Of a DNA stretch of 64,000 bases, positions 11,812 to 22,674 are shown piece after piece. The stretch spans positions 1,813,766 to 1,877,765 of the forward strand of contig CAWHUF010000005.1 of NCBI GenBank assembly GCA_963832495.1. Reading direction: 5' to 3'. Positions within the stretch are counted from its first letter, which is position 1. Each line of letters starts with the position of its first letter. Both the position numbers and the translations under genes were made by a program. This DNA comes from an uncultured Acidobacteriota bacterium. Its GTDB lineage: Bacteria > Acidobacteriota > Thermoanaerobaculia > Multivoradales > UBA5704. The notes below the pieces were generated by a model. The model searched no databases. It was not told where the DNA came from and saw only the letters and a program-made list of their open reading frames with translations.

Positions 11812-13971
11812 ATGCGAAGGCTGATTCTGCCGGTGGTGCTGGCGCTCGTGCTCGCGGCGCCGGCCACGGCCCAGAAGGTTCTCTTCGATGCGAGCCACGG
11901 CCAGACCGCGGGCGAGGCGGACTGGATCGTGGATGCCGACACCTCGCAGCTTTCTTTCCTCAACTTCCGGTGCCAGTCCCAATCGAACCGGCACCACTCG
12001 GGGCAGCGCTTTCCCACACCGCCCCAGAGCCTGATCCAGCAGAACACGCCGGAGACGTTCTGGGAAGGGGGCATCTCCGCCTGGGCCGTCGCCCTGGCCA
12101 AGGACGCTCTCAACCCCTTGCGGGGCCGCAACTGGCAGATCGAGCAGTACGCCTGGGACGGTCAGCCCATGACTTTCGGCAACGCCGGCAATCCCCAGGA
12201 CCTCGCCAATTACGACGTGCTGATCCTGGCCGAGCCCAACACCTCCTACAGCGCGAGCGAGGCCCAGGCCATCCTCAAGTTCGTGGAGGAGGGCGGAGGG
12301 CTGTTCCTGATAGCCGATCATGAGACGTCGGACCGCGACTGCTCGGGTGGACCCAACGGCGAGAAGGAGGACTCTCCGTTCATTCTCAACCGCCTGATGG
12401 GCACCCAGGTGCAATCAGACCCGGCGCCTCCCTATTTCGATCCGAGCGATCCGGACAACGATTTCGGCGTCTTCGGGATCTGGTTTCACGAAAACGGCAA
12501 CGATGATCAAAATGACAATCAGAACAAGAATTTCGACTGGTTCGACGAAGCGGTCAATGACAACGTCAATACCGACCCCTCCGATTCCATCATCAATGGT
12601 CCGTTCGGCAATGGGCGCGGCGGCCTCGGTTTCTTCGGCTCGACGCAGATATCGATCAGCACCGATCCGGTCAAGGGCAATCCCACGGTGCAGGCCCACG
12701 TCTGGCGCAACGGGCAGGGCCATACGGCCAACAGCGCCGGTGTCTCGACGCGGGTGACTTTCGCGACCGCTCGGATCGGCCGGGGCCGGGTGGCCGCCAT
12801 CGGTGACTCTTCGCCCGCGGACGATGATACCGGACAGGGCTCGCTCCATCCGGGCTGGGACAAGGCTTCAGGAGGCGTCGCCAACCACATCATCTTCCTG
12901 AACGCGACCGAATGGCTGGCGGGCACCGAGCCGGACACGGACGCCCCTCGGATCACCAGCGGTCCCACCGTGGAACTCTCCGATTGCCACGCCCGCGTGA
13001 ATTGGACGACGAATGAGCCTGCCCTGGGCACGGTCGACTGGGGGGAGAGCGAGGCCCTGGCCCAGCACTCGGCGGGCGCCGCGCCCACCAGCCTGCACGC
13101 GGTGGACCTCGCTCCTCTGGAGCCCGCAACGGAGTACTTCTATCAGGTTTCCGCGGTCGATCCCGCGGGCAACGGACCGACCTTCGGCACAGTCCTGCAC
13201 TTCACCACGGAAGCGCGCGAGGCTCCGGCGATCACGAGCGGTCCGTCGGCGAGTCAGGTGACCGACCGGTCCGCCACCATCCTCTGGAGCACTGGCGAGG
13301 CGGGCACCAGCGTCGTGCGGTTCGGCACGGACCCGGCCAGCCTTGGCCGCAACGAGCGGAGCGCTGGCGGACCGGTCAGGGAACACTCCGTCACCTTGAC
13401 CGGCCTGGAGCCGGGGACGGCGTACCACCTGCGGGTGGAGACCACGGACGCCTGCGGAGAGATGGTCCAGTCCGCCGCCGCGACCTTCACCACGGCGGCG
13501 AGGCCTGCTACGCGCGACCTCTCGGGCTGGAAGCTGGTCAACGGCCACGCGGACTTCGCGTTCACGTTCCCGGCGGGGACCGAGATTCCGGCAAATGGCT
13601 ATCTGGTGGTAGGCCGGGAGAACGCCAAGGCTGCCTTCGAGGCGGAGTGGGGACCGCTGCCGAAAGGAACGGTTTATGTGAGCTCAGGCAACGAGATCCT
13701 GATCAACGGCACCGCGCGGCCGTACCGCCTGCTGGACGCCCAGGGCAACGTGGTGGACGGCCCCACGGCCGAGGTTCGGGCCGGGCAGTCACGCCACCGC
13801 ACAGCGGGCTGCCAGGGTGGAGCGGCCGGTTGGGGCCAGAGGCCGAGCAGCAGCGCGGACCCCGGCCAGGGCGCGCCGCCCGCCTGCGGCGCCGGGGTGA
13901 TCCTGACCGAGCTGGCGGATGGGAGGGATTTCAACAACGAGTTTGTGGAGATCTTTTTCGACGCTCCTTGA
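11812..13971 (+). CDS. secreted multidomain protein: N-terminal ThuA/GldG-like (DUF4350-like) region, two fibronectin-III/PAP-N-like repeats, C-terminal lamin-tail-domain (LTD) region
   Basis: Signal peptide MRRLILPVVLALVLAAPATAQ. Two repeats of the form APRITSGPTVELSDCHARVNWTTNEPALGTVDWGES...EYFYQV and APAITSGPSASQVTDRSATILWSTGEAGTSVVRFGTD...AYHLRV, typical of the FN3-like N-domain of purple acid phosphatases. The C-terminus has SGWKLVNG...GYLVVGR and VILTELADGRDFNNEFVEIF, which are LTD signatures. The C-terminal order is odd and may hide a frameshift. Confidence 0.6.
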   Translation: MRRLILPVVLALVLAAPATAQKVLFDASHGQTAGEADWIVDADTSQLSFLNFRCQSQSNRHHSGQRFPTPPQSLIQQNTPETFWEGGISAWAVALAKDALNPLRGRNWQIEQYAWDGQPMTFGNAGNPQDLANYDVLILAEPNTSYSASEAQAILKFVEEGGGLFLIADHETSDRDCSGGPNGEKEDSPFILNRLMGTQVQSDPAPPYFDPSDPDNDFGVFGIWFHENGNDDQNDNQNKNFDWFDEAVNDNVNTDPSDSIINGPFGNGRGGLGFFGSTQISISTDPVKGNPTVQAHVWRNGQGHTANSAGVSTRVTFATARIGRGRVAAIGDSSPADDDTGQGSLHPGWDKASGGVANHIIFLNATEWLAGTEPDTDAPRITSGPTVELSDCHARVNWTTNEPALGTVDWGESEALAQHSAGAAPTSLHAVDLAPLEPATEYFYQVSAVDPAGNGPTFGTVLHFTTEAREAPAITSGPSASQVTDRSATILWSTGEAGTSVVRFGTDPASLGRNERSAGGPVREHSVTLTGLEPGTAYHLRVETTDACGEMVQSAAATFTTAARPATRDLSGWKLVNGHADFAFTFPAGTEIPANGYLVVGRENAKAAFEAEWGPLPKGTVYVSSGNEILINGTARPYRLLDAQGNVVDGPTAEVRAGQSRHRTAGCQGGAAGWGQRPSSSADPGQGAPPACGAGVILTELADGRDFNNEFVEIFFDAP

Positions 13972-13985
13972 GCGAGACATAACTG

Positions 13986-14594
13986 TCAGCTTTCGTGCCG
14001 CTTCACCCACTGGAGCGGCACCCCCGTCTTTCCGGCCTCGTAGACCAAGGGATCGGGCTTGATGCCGAAGCCGTCCGCCATGCGGGGGAAGTAGTTGAAG
14101 ATGCTGATGAGGTGGCCGATCTCCAGGAGGCCTTGATCGTCGAAGCCGAGGTCGCGCAGGGGCTGCCAGTCGGCGGCCGTCATGGCCGTGGGCGTCAGGG
14201 TCAGCTTCTCAGCGACGGTACAGAGGGCGCGCTGGCGCGGGGTCAGGTCCGGCAGTTCCTTCCAGCGGTGCTGCTTGATGGCCTCGACCAGCTTCGGATC
14301 GCCTTCCTCGACACGCAGAAACTCTGCGTGAGACTGCGTTCAGTACTCGCAGGACTGGGCCGCCGAGGCGACGGCGGCAACCATCTCCCGCTCGGCGCGG
14401 TCGAGCGCTCCCGGTGCGAACATGATCTCGTAGAAGAGGTCCCGCATGGCCGGGCCAATGCGTGGATGGGCGGCGAGGAGCCGGCCCATGCCGGAGATGT
14501 AGCCGAAGTTGTAAGAGGGCTTGCCGCCGGCTGGCCGGGAGCGCAGCTCTTCGTCGGTGGGCAGGGTGATGAAGGGCTTCTGAGGATCGGGCAT
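13986..14594 (-). CDS. AhpD/CMD-family 'peroxidase-related enzyme' with in-frame UGA at codon 85 (C-E-Y-U, candidate selenocysteine); otherwise a single uninterrupted 202-codon frame
   Basis: Codon-by-codon minus-strand translation gives ...AAVASAAQSCEY-[TGA at 14340-14342]-TQSHAEFLRVEEGDPKLVEAIKQHRWKELPDLTPRQRALCTVAEKLTLTPTAMTAADWQPLRDLGFDDQGLLEIGHLISIFNYFPRMADGFGI.... The TGA sits exactly where the second Cys of the family's redox CxxC motif is expected, and the frame stays open on both sides. The supplied track splits it into 14340..14594 and 13986..14183. RBS GGAGA is upstream of the ATG at 14594. Confidence 0.6.
14312..14330 (-). promoter_or_regulatory. bacterial SECIS-like hairpin immediately downstream of the in-frame UGA
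   Basis: mRNA reads UGA-acgcagucu-CACGCAG-aguuu-CUGCGUG. This is a 7-bp perfect stem starting 10 nt after UGA with a 5-nt apical loop containing GU. Placement matches the bSECIS hairpin position known from fdhF-type elements. Confidence 0.45.
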
Positions 14595-14612
14595 GGAGAT
14601 CTCCCTTGAATC

Positions 14613-15839
14613 TCACGCGACTTTTGAGTCGTGATCCGCCCAGACCAGGCCGGACATCACCTTGGGCAGGAAGCGGGTTGATTTGGGCGGCAACATCTCG
14701 CCGTCCGCAATGGCGTCGGCAAAGGCGGCTGGCTCCATGGGGGGGAGCCAGAGGCCGGTGCCGAGCTCGCCCGCGGCGACCTGGCTCCAGAGCTCGTCCG
14801 GGTTGGAGCGGTAGACCACGGTGCCGTCCGTCGAGGCCTCGGGCGGCAAGCCCAGGGCGGGGAGGAGGGCGTCCTGGAAGAGTCCCACGGACAGCTTGGG
14901 CGCGCTGTCTGAGGAGGCGAGTTGCCAGACCTCCGGATCCTGACCGTGCACCCAGACGCCGAGAGCGGGCTGGGGGGCGGCGGCCACGGCGGCGGCGAAG
15001 TCCCAGCCTCCGGAGCCTGCGAATTTCTCCCGGGCCGTGGCCACGCCGGCCAGCTTGGAGAGGTCGATTTGCTCCTTGAAGGCCCGGTGGATGGGATCGA
15101 TTTTCAGGGCCAGCGAGTCGAGGCTGGTGATGACGGCGAGCTTGGCCGCGGCGGCCGTGCCCGGCTGGGCGCCGTTCTCGCGGGCGAAGCGCTGGCCCAC
15201 CTTGTAGCGGTGATGGCCGTCGGCGATGGCGGAGGGCACGTCCAGAACCTGCTGGTAGAGGGCGATGCGGGCCGGGTCGCCGATCCGGTAGAGCACGTGG
15301 AAGTGGCCGTCCACGTCGCGGTGGCGCACGATGGGTCCCCCGCGATCATTGTTCTGAAGGTCCTCACGCAGCAGGGCGTCGAGCCGGCCCTGGTCCTCGG
15401 AGAGGAGGAGCACGGGCTCCAGGTCCACCTTCATGGCCTCCAGGAGCGCGGTGCGGTCGGCCAGGGGCTTGTCCAGCGTGTGCTCGTGGGGGCGGATGAT
15501 GGTCGCGTCCGCGTAGCCCACGAGCCCGAGAAGGCCCAGCCGCTCGCCGCCGCCCGCGAGCTCGATGACGTAGGGGTAGATCGCCGGCCGGGGATCGCGC
15601 TCGATGACCCCCTCGTTGAGCCACCGGTGGTGGAGGGCCGCGGCGAAGCGGTAGGGATCGCCGCCCTCGGGGGCCAGGGGCCTGGTCAGGTGCACGAACT
15701 GGTGGGGGGACTGCGTGTGGAAGCGGTCCCGCAGCGAATCGTTGATCTGGTCGTACGGCGGCGCGGCGAGCTCTCCGATCTCTTCCGCGGTGCCGGCATT
15801 GGCTGAGTAGTGAAGCCCTTCGAAGGCGAACAGTCGCAT
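14613..15839 (-). CDS. DUF1015-family protein
   Basis: MRLFAFEGLHYS... N-terminus and overall ~410-aa architecture typical of DUF1015. The first in-frame Met with RBS context is chosen (supplied ORF start 15926 is an extension). Confidence 0.55.
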   Translation of the reverse strand: MRLFAFEGLHYSANAGTAEEIGELAAPPYDQINDSLRDRFHTQSPHQFVHLTRPLAPEGGDPYRFAAALHHRWLNEGVIERDPRPAIYPYVIELAGGGERLGLLGLVGYADATIIRPHEHTLDKPLADRTALLEAMKVDLEPVLLLSEDQGRLDALLREDLQNNDRGGPIVRHRDVDGHFHVLYRIGDPARIALYQQVLDVPSAIADGHHRYKVGQRFARENGAQPGTAAAAKLAVITSLDSLALKIDPIHRAFKEQIDLSKLAGVATAREKFAGSGGWDFAAAVAAAPQPALGVWVHGQDPEVWQLASSDSAPKLSVGLFQDALLPALGLPPEASTDGTVVYRSNPDELWSQVAAGELGTGLWLPPMEPAAFADAIADGEMLPPKSTRFLPKVMSGLVWADHDSKVA

Positions 15840-15974
15840 CAGGTTGTCTCCTCCCGTCCTCCAGGTCCGGGCGTATTGTAGCGAGGGAGAGGGGGAAAGA
15901 CGGCACGGACGAGCACGGACTGTCACAGACGGGCACGGACGGCTGAGGACTGGCCCCGTCTCCCGATTTCCCCC

Positions 15975-16035
15975 TCTCCCGGTGAGGGAGGGAGGGGGCG
16001 GGAGAGGGGGCCAGGGGGTGAGGGTCCGGGTGGGG
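15975..16035. repeat. GC-rich REP-like palindromic element (core CCCTCTCCCGGTGAGGG / CTCACCGGGAGAGGG), copy 1
   Basis: ccccctctcccggtgagggagggagggggcgggagagggggccagggggtgaggg. Related copies at 18973-19030 and 52915-53062 share the core CTCACCGGGAGAGGG(G)AAAGAAG. Confidence 0.55.
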
Positions 16036-16044
16036 GAGAGCTTC

Positions 16045-16855
16045 TTACAGACTCTGCGCTTCCGGCCGGCTCTCGCCTTCCTCTTTCTCCTCCTCCTGGG
16101 GCGGGATCACGGTGACCCCGTTCAGCTTGTCGTCGCCCATGCGGCGGTAGAGGGCGCTCGCCCGGTCGAGGGACTGGGCGGCCTTGCCGTATTCACCGAG
16201 GTCGCAGAGCAGGTTGACGAGGCCGCCCAGGAGGCCGGCCTCTTCGAGGACGTCGCCGGTGCCCATCTCCAGGTGCATGCGGGCCTGGCTGAAGGCGAGG
16301 CGGGCGCCGGCGAAGTCTCCGGCGCGGCGGCGGGCGTCGCCCAGGGCGGCCAGGGCGGCGGTCTTGAAGTCAGCGATGCGCTCGGCATCGTAGACCTCCG
16401 GGTCGAGCCGCTCGGCCACGGCCAGGGACAGCTCGGCCAGGGATACGGCGGCGGCGGCGTCCGCGGTGTCCGCCTCGATGGCGGCGCGGCTACGGTCCAG
16501 GAGCAGGTCGTAGAGGCCCCAATGGTGCAGGCGCTCGTCGTTGCGCACCATCACCAGCCGGCGGGTGTGGGGGTGTCCTTCCAGCGAGGCCCACTGCAGG
16601 CCCGCCAAGTGGCGCTCCCTCCTCACCCTCTCGTGGGCTTCGGCGATGCGGAAGCTCGGTCTTGCGGAAGGCCTCGTCGTAAGGGCCCGCTTCTTCATGC
16701 GGCCGGTTCTTGGGGGCACGGGGCTGCGGAGGCGTCTGCCTCGGCGTGCCGGAGAGCATCTGGCGGACGGTGTCGCGGGCGTCCTGCCGGGAGAAGCTCC
16801 GAGCCAAGGAGCCGTTCCATCCTGTCGGTTGAGATCCTGTCCTCCACTTCATCAC
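16045..16855 (-). CDS. hypothetical protein with TPR-like/helical C-terminal region (frameshifted)
   Basis: Two overlapping minus ORFs (16490..16855 N-terminal piece; 16045..16719 C-terminal piece ...DARRRAGDFAGARLAFSQARMHLEMGTGDVLEEAGLLGGLVNLLCDLGEYGKAAQSLDRASALYRRMGD). Family not recognised. Confidence 0.3.
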
Positions 16856-17070
16856 TCCTCATATGAAGAGAACTATCAAACGTCCTCACAAGACATAGTT
16901 GCCGCAGGGCACGGAAAGGGGACAAGAAAGAACCAGGAAAAGTTCTCCTTCCCAGTAGGTTCCAAAATCGCGAATTTTTGTCACCAGCCTGCGACTGACA
17001 CTGTCACCACGGCTCCCTATCCTCGATCTGCGTCCGGGAACCCGGTTCAGGATTCGTGGAGGAGTGCCGA

Positions 17071-18972
17071 ATGTCCATCGTTCTGGAAGATCTGACCAAG
17101 CGCTACGGGGGGCACCCGGTGGTCAACGGCGTCTCCATCGAGGTGGGGGACGGCGAGCTGTTCGTTCTGCTGGGGTCTTCCGGGAGCGGCAAGAGCACCC
17201 TGCTGCGCATGATCGCGGGCCTCTCGGAGGTGGACGCCGGCCGCGTGCTGCTCCACGGCAAGGACGTCACGGACCTGCCGCCCGCCAAGAGGGGGGTGGG
17301 CTTCGTGTTCCAGAGCTACGCCCTGTTCCGCGGCATGTCGGTGGCCGAGAACGTGGAGTTCGCCCTGGCCGTACGCGGCGTGCCGGCGGAGCAGCGGCGG
17401 CGCCGCCGGGAGGAGCTCCTGGAGCTGGTGGGGCTCGCGGGCCTGGGCGGCCGGATGCCGCGCCAGCTCTCGGGCGGCCAGCAGCAGAGAGTGGCCCTTG
17501 CGCGCGCCCTGGCCCATCAGCCGGAGGTGCTGCTGCTGGACGAGCCGTTCGGCGCGCTCGACGCCAAGGTGCGGCTCGAGCTGCGGCGGACCATACGGGA
17601 GATCCAGAGAGAGCTGGGCATTACGACGCTTTTTGTCACCCATGACCAGGAAGAAGCTTTCGAGCTGGCGGACCGGCTGGCCGTGCTGAGCTTCGGCCGG
17701 CTGCTGGAGTCCGGGCCCCCGGACGAGCTCTACCTGCGGCCGGAGACGGAGTTCGTGGCCACCTTCCTGGGTACGGCGAACCTGATGGTAGGGGAGGCCA
17801 CGGCGGAGGGGGTGCGGCTGGGGCCGGTGCAGTTCCCCCTGGGCACCCGCCAGGAGGTCACGGAAGGAGCCGGCCCGCGGCGGGTGCAGGTGCTTTTCCG
17901 GCCGGAGGACGTGGCCGTGCGCGATACCCCCGAAGCTGCCGAGAACGCGACCTTCCCGATCCTGGGGCAGGCCGTGGTGGAGCAGCGCTCGTTCGTGGGC
18001 TCCTTCGAGCGGCTGCGGCTGCGCCTGCCCCCGCTGCCGGGCGTGCGGTCCATCGCGCCCGCGGTGCCGTTCGGCCGGGACGAGATCTGGATCGAGGCCA
18101 CCCGTCCGCAGGACCAGGCGCGCCGCTTCCCCCTCCGTCCGGGCGATTCGACGTGGGTGGGTGTGCAGCGGGTCCACGCGCTGGTCCATCCCGGGCTGCG
18201 GTTCCTGATGCTGACCAACGGTACCCCGCAGTCGCCGCGGTCGAAAGCGGCGCTCACCTTCGGCGGCGAGCTCGCCCGCCGGTCCCAGGCCCGCGTGGCC
18301 CTGCTGGGGCAGGCGGACGGTGAAAACGCAGAGAGGTCTCTTCAGGACGCCAAGGAGTTGCTGGGCACCGGCATCGCGGCCGTCGAGTCCCGCCTGACCG
18401 CGGGTCCGCCGGCTGAAGCCGTGGCCGAAGAGGTCTCGCGCCGGCCGTGCGACCTGGTGATCCTCTCCCTGCCGCCCAAGGAGGGGCTGGAGATGGCGGA
18501 GGAGGTCCTCGGGGCGGGCCATCACCACCTCCTGCTCGTGCCTCAGGATGCGGCAACCAGGGTCCCCGCGCGCCTCCTCATCTGCGTGGCCGTGGGCGAG
18601 CCGGGCAAGGAGGACGTCTCCTTCACAGGCCGCCTCGCCCGCCACCTGGGGGCCGAGGCCACGATCCTGACCGTGCTGCCCGAGGTGGCCCGGGGCGGTG
18701 TGGCCGAAGCGCCGGCCGAGCGGTTCCTGGCCGGCAGCGCCCGCACGCTCCGCCGCATGGGCGTGCCGGTCGACACCCGCATCCGCTACGGCGCCGCGCG
18801 CGAGGAGATCGTGGCGCAGCTTGCCGAAGGGGGGCACGACCTCCTGGTGCTGGGCGCGCCGCTGCCGGGCCGCGATGGGCGGATCGATCTCGGCGGCTTC
18901 GTGGGCAAGCTGCTGCCGCAGGTGGCGCACCTGCCCGTGCTGATCGTCCACTCCCCGGAGGCCGTGTCGTGA
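17071..18972 (+). CDS. cysA: sulfate/thiosulfate ABC transporter ATP-binding protein (CysA-like, with TOBE domain) fused to two C-terminal universal-stress-protein (UspA) domains
   Basis: Walker [10 protein letters not shown], signature [15 protein letters not shown], Walker [12 protein letters not shown], then a TOBE-like beta region, then two Usp-like alpha/beta segments (...[12 protein letters not shown]...HHLLLVP; ...[15 protein letters not shown]...LPVLIVHS). It heads the sulfate-uptake gene cluster. Confidence 0.8.
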   Translation: MSIVLEDLTKRYGGHPVVNGVSIEVGDGELFVLLGSSGSGKSTLLRMIAGLSEVDAGRVLLHGKDVTDLPPAKRGVGFVFQSYALFRGMSVAENVEFALAVRGVPAEQRRRRREELLELVGLAGLGGRMPRQLSGGQQQRVALARALAHQPEVLLLDEPFGALDAKVRLELRRTIREIQRELGITTLFVTHDQEEAFELADRLAVLSFGRLLESGPPDELYLRPETEFVATFLGTANLMVGEATAEGVRLGPVQFPLGTRQEVTEGAGPRRVQVLFRPEDVAVRDTPEAAENATFPILGQAVVEQRSFVGSFERLRLRLPPLPGVRSIAPAVPFGRDEIWIEATRPQDQARRFPLRPGDSTWVGVQRVHALVHPGLRFLMLTNGTPQSPRSKAALTFGGELARRSQARVALLGQADGENAERSLQDAKELLGTGIAAVESRLTAGPPAEAVAEEVSRRPCDLVILSLPPKEGLEMAEEVLGAGHHHLLLVPQDAATRVPARLLICVAVGEPGKEDVSFTGRLARHLGAEATILTVLPEVARGGVAEAPAERFLAGSARTLRRMGVPVDTRIRYGAAREEIVAQLAEGGHDLLVLGAPLPGRDGRIDLGGFVGKLLPQVAHLPVLIVHSPEAVS

Positions 18973-19030
18973 ACCCTCACCCCCTACCCCCTCTCCCGTC
19001 CCCTCCCTCACCCCCTCACCGGGAGAGGGG
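18973..19030. repeat. GC-rich REP-like palindromic element, copy 2
   Basis: accctcaccccctaccccctctcccgtcccctccctcaccccctcaccgggagagggggaaagaag, immediately after the cysA-usp stop. Confidence 0.5.
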
Positions 19031-19327
19031 GAAAGAAGAATTGCGCAAAATCGAGCACGAGCTGGGGCTCGCTCTGTCCGAAATCCGCTACGGCTCGATC
19101 GAGATCGTCATCCAGGACTCGCGGGTGGTGCAGATCGAGCGGCGGGAAAAAGTCCGTTTCGACCGGGAGGGGAGAGAGGGGAGATGAGCGGATCTCTCCC
19201 GGTTGTTTTCGATCCTACCCGCACGGCGGCCGGCCGGACGACCGGAGGCCCCGAGGCGGCTCTTTTTTCTTCTCTTTCGTTCGCGAGCGACCGGACCTCC
19301 GGAGACGCGGCCTTTCCGGAGACCGAG

Positions 19328-20725
19328 ATGAGATACGAAGTCGTCACGTTGTGCGCCCTGCTGGCTCTGCCGGCGGCATGGGCCCAGGAGCCGGCGCCCG
19401 CCGAGCCGGTGCAGGAAGAGCAGGCCCAGGAACCCGAGCAGCCACCGACCGTGGAGGAGCGGCTGGACGAGATCGACCAGAAGATCCGCGTCCTCGACCG
19501 CAAGACCGAGCTCGACAAGGAGGCCGCGGCCGAGAAGGCGAAGACCGCCGGCCAGGCCACGGCCGGCAAGGATGGTTTCAACCTCAAGTCCGCCGACGGC
19601 AACTTCCAGCTGAAGCTGCGCGGCTACGTGCAGCTCGACGGCCGGTTCTTCCAGAGCGACGACCAGCGGCCGGGGACCGATACCTTTGCATTGCGCCGGG
19701 TGCGGCCGATCCTCGAAGGCACCGTCTACAAGATCTTCGACTTCCGCATCATGCCCGATTTCGGCGGCGGCCAGACCGTGCTCCAGGACGCCTATCTGGA
19801 AGCCCGGTTCAACCCGGCCTTCCGGGTGCGGGCCGGCAAGTTCAAGCCGCCCGTGGGCCTGGAGCGCCTGCAGTCCGGCACGGACCTGCTGTTCGTGGAG
19901 CGGGCCTTCCCCACGAACCTGGTGCCCAACCGCGACCTCGGCATCCAGCTCGGGGGTGACGTGGCGGGCGGCGTCGCCAACTGGGCCGTGGGCATGTTCA
20001 ACGGTGTGCTCGACGGCGGCAGCGCCGACGGCGATACCAACGACGAAAAGGATTACGCGGCGCGCATCTTTTTCCAGCCGTTCATCGCGGGGAGCGGTCC
20101 GCTCAAGAACCTGGGCTTCGGCGTGGCCGGGAGCACGGGCGAGCAGTCGGGCACGGTGACCGCGCCCAACCTGCCGGCGTTCCGCACACCGGGCCAGCAG
20201 ACGTTCTTCTCCTACCGCACGGACGGCACGGCGGCCAACACCGTGATCGCCGACGGCGACCGCACCCGCTTCTCGCCGCAGGGGTATTTCTACTCCGGCC
20301 CCTTCGGCCTGCTGGCCGAGTACGCGACCTCCAAGCAGGCGGTGCGGCGGGGCACGGACGCGCGCGACCTGGAGCACAAGGCCTGGCAGGTGGCGGCCTC
20401 GTGGGTGCTCACGGGCGGTGAGCCCACCTTCCGGTCGGTCAATCCCAAAAAGGTTTTCGATCCGGCGGCCGGCACCTGGGGTGCTTTCGAAATCGCCGCG
20501 CGGTATCACAAGCAGGAGCTCGACGACGAGACCTTCCCGGCCTTCGCCAACATCGCCAGCTCAGCCTCGGCGGCCGAAGCCTGGGCGGTGGGCTTCAACT
20601 GGTATTTCAACAAGAACCTGCGCCTGCTGTTCGATTACGAGACCACCAGCTTCGAGGGCGGAGCCACGAGCGGCGACCGCGAGGATGAAAAGATTTTGTT
20701 CAGCCGCTTCCAGGTTGCCTTCTAG
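19328..20725 (+). CDS. phosphate-selective porin O/P (OprO/OprP) family anion porin with N-terminal coiled-coil
   Basis: Signal peptide [21 protein letters not shown], an acidic coiled coil ([41 protein letters not shown]), then a beta-barrel with alternating aromatic pattern ending ...[10 protein letters not shown] (C-terminal Phe). Position between cysA and sbp suggests a sulfate/anion porin. Confidence 0.7.
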   Translation: MRYEVVTLCALLALPAAWAQEPAPAEPVQEEQAQEPEQPPTVEERLDEIDQKIRVLDRKTELDKEAAAEKAKTAGQATAGKDGFNLKSADGNFQLKLRGYVQLDGRFFQSDDQRPGTDTFALRRVRPILEGTVYKIFDFRIMPDFGGGQTVLQDAYLEARFNPAFRVRAGKFKPPVGLERLQSGTDLLFVERAFPTNLVPNRDLGIQLGGDVAGGVANWAVGMFNGVLDGGSADGDTNDEKDYAARIFFQPFIAGSGPLKNLGFGVAGSTGEQSGTVTAPNLPAFRTPGQQTFFSYRTDGTAANTVIADGDRTRFSPQGYFYSGPFGLLAEYATSKQAVRRGTDARDLEHKAWQVAASWVLTGGEPTFRSVNPKKVFDPAAGTWGAFEIAARYHKQELDDETFPAFANIASSASAAEAWAVGFNWYFNKNLRLLFDYETTSFEGGATSGDREDEKILFSRFQVAF

Positions 20726-20744
20726 GAAAGGAAACTGTTCAATC

Positions 20745-21746
20745 ATGAAGACCCGTTTCGCTCTACCGCTGCTGACCTTGCTGCTACTGGCCGCCCCGGC
20801 CATAGCGCAGGTCAAGCTGCTCAACGTCTCCTACGATCCGACGCGCGAGCTGTACCAGGAAGTCAACACCGCTTTCGCCAAGCACTGGAAGGCCACCAAG
20901 GGCCAGGACGTCACCGTTCAGCAGTCGCACGGCGGCTCGGGCAAGCAGGCCCGCTCCGTGATCGACGGCCTGGAAGCCGACGTGGTGACTCTCGCGCTCG
21001 CCTACGACGTGGATGCCGTGGCCAAAACCGGGCTGATCGCCAAGAACTGGCTGACGCGCCTGCCCAACAACAGCGCCCCGTATACTTCGACCATCGTTTT
21101 CCTCGTGCGCAAGGGCAACCCCAAGAAGATCAAGGACTGGGACGACCTCGCACGGCCGGGCGTGTCGGTGATCACTCCCAATCCCAAGACTTCCGGCGGC
21201 GCGCGTTGGAACTATCTCGCGGCCTGGGGCTATGCCCTGCGCAAGCTCGGCAACGACCCGGCCAAGGCGCAGGACTTCGTCAAGCGGATCTTCAAGAACG
21301 TGCCGATCCTGGACACCGGTGCCCGCGGCGCGACCGTGACCTTCGTCGAGAGGGAGATCGGTGACGTGCTGATCGCCTGGGAGAACGAGGCCCTGTACTC
21401 CGTCAAGGAGCTGGGCGACAAGGGGGAGTTCCAGATCGTGGCGCCCTCCCTGAGCATCCTGGCCGAGCCGTCCGTGGCCGTGGTGGACAAGGTGGCCGCC
21501 AAGCGCAAGACGGTCCAGGTGGCGACCGCCTATCTCCAGTTCCTCTACACGCCCGAGGGTCAGGAGATCGCGGCCAAGCACTACTACCGGCCGCGCAACC
21601 AGAACGTGGTGGCCAAGTACGCGCAGCAGTTCCCCAAGGTGACGCTCTTTACCATCGACGAGGTCTTCGGCGGCTGGGCCAAGGCGCAGAAGACCCACTT
21701 CGCCGACGGCGGCGTGTTCGACCAGATCTACGGGGCGGGACGCTAG
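20745..21746 (+). CDS. sbp: sulfate ABC transporter substrate-binding protein (Sbp/CysP family)
   Basis: Signal peptide [22 protein letters not shown], then [69 protein letters not shown], the conserved Sbp N-terminus. RBS GGAAAGGAAA. Confidence 0.85.
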   Translation: MKTRFALPLLTLLLLAAPAIAQVKLLNVSYDPTRELYQEVNTAFAKHWKATKGQDVTVQQSHGGSGKQARSVIDGLEADVVTLALAYDVDAVAKTGLIAKNWLTRLPNNSAPYTSTIVFLVRKGNPKKIKDWDDLARPGVSVITPNPKTSGGARWNYLAAWGYALRKLGNDPAKAQDFVKRIFKNVPILDTGARGATVTFVEREIGDVLIAWENEALYSVKELGDKGEFQIVAPSLSILAEPSVAVVDKVAAKRKTVQVATAYLQFLYTPEGQEIAAKHYYRPRNQNVVAKYAQQFPKVTLFTIDEVFGGWAKAQKTHFADGGVFDQIYGAGR

Positions 21747-22673
21747 GTGAGGCCGGCCGAGGTGGAGATTCTAGAGAAGGACGCGGCAAGCCTCCCTTCG
21801 CCGTTGCCGGTCTCGGCGCGCCGCAAGGGGAGCCGGTTCCGGGGGGGCAGCGTCCTCCCCGGCTTCGGCCTCTCTCTGGGCTTCACGCTGCTCTACCTCG
21901 GCCTGATGATCCTGATCCCTCTCTCCACCGTCTTTTTGAAGACGGCCACGATGACGTGGAGCGCCTTCTGGGAGACGGTCACCGGCCCCCGGGCTCTGGC
22001 GGCCTATCGCCTGAGCCTCGGAGCGGCTTTCGTGGCGGCGTCGCTCAACCTCGTCTTCGGGGTGCTCGTGGCCTGGGTGCTCGAGCGCTACAGCTTCCCC
22101 GGGCGGAAGCTGGTGGACGCCATCGTGGACCTCCCCTTCGCTCTGCCCACGGCGGTCGCGGGCATCGCGCTCGCCACCCTCTATGCGAAGAACGGCTGGA
22201 TCGGCCAATGGCTCGACCCGCTGGGAATCGAGGTCGCTTACACCCGGCTCGGCGTGGTGGTGGCCCTCACCTTCATCAGCCTGCCGTTCGTGGTGCGTAC
22301 GGTGCAGCCGGTGATCGGAGATCTCGATCCCGAGGTGGAGGAGGCCGCGGCCAGCCTCGGCGCCGGCCGCCTGCAGACGTTCCGGCGGGTGATCCTGCCC
22401 GAGCTCGTGCCCGCCGCCCTGGCCGGCTTCGTGATGGCTTTCGCCCGCGCCATGGGCGAGTTCGGCTCGGTGATCTTCATTGCCGGCAACATGCCGATGC
22501 ATTCGGAGATCACGCCGCTTCTGATCATGATCAAGCTCGAGCAGTACGACTACGCGGGCGCCACGGCGATCGCGCTCGTATTCCTGATCTTTTCCTTCAC
22601 GCTCCTCCTGTTGATCAATTTCCTGGCCTGGCGCCGGGGACGGCGGCTGCGGACCGCGGAAGGAGAAGGCTGA
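21747..22673 (+). CDS. cysT: sulfate ABC transporter permease CysT(CysU)
   Basis: Six-TM permease with EAA-like loop ([20 protein letters not shown]). Start overlaps/abuts the sbp stop. Confidence 0.8.
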   Translation: MRPAEVEILEKDAASLPSPLPVSARRKGSRFRGGSVLPGFGLSLGFTLLYLGLMILIPLSTVFLKTATMTWSAFWETVTGPRALAAYRLSLGAAFVAASLNLVFGVLVAWVLERYSFPGRKLVDAIVDLPFALPTAVAGIALATLYAKNGWIGQWLDPLGIEVAYTRLGVVVALTFISLPFVVRTVQPVIGDLDPEVEEAAASLGAGRLQTFRRVILPELVPAALAGFVMAFARAMGEFGSVIFIAGNMPMHSEITPLLIMIKLEQYDYAGATAIALVFLIFSFTLLLLINFLAWRRGRRLRTAEGEG

Positions 22674-22674
22674 T

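Noticed and set aside
14340-14342. In-frame TGA in the AhpD-like gene as a simple sequencing error or true pseudogene
   Set aside because: Not fully rejected. The errors I traced in this window were G/C homopolymer indels, and this is a substitution-type difference at a non-homopolymer site. It falls exactly on the catalytic Cys column and has a correctly placed downstream hairpin. So Sec recoding is the better explanation. Read-level confirmation is still required.
17047-20509. Long minus-strand ORFs (654 aa and 473 aa) opposite the cysA-usp and porin genes
   Set aside because: The plus-strand genes have clear Walker/ABC-signature and porin features. The minus-strand products are RG-rich with no motifs.
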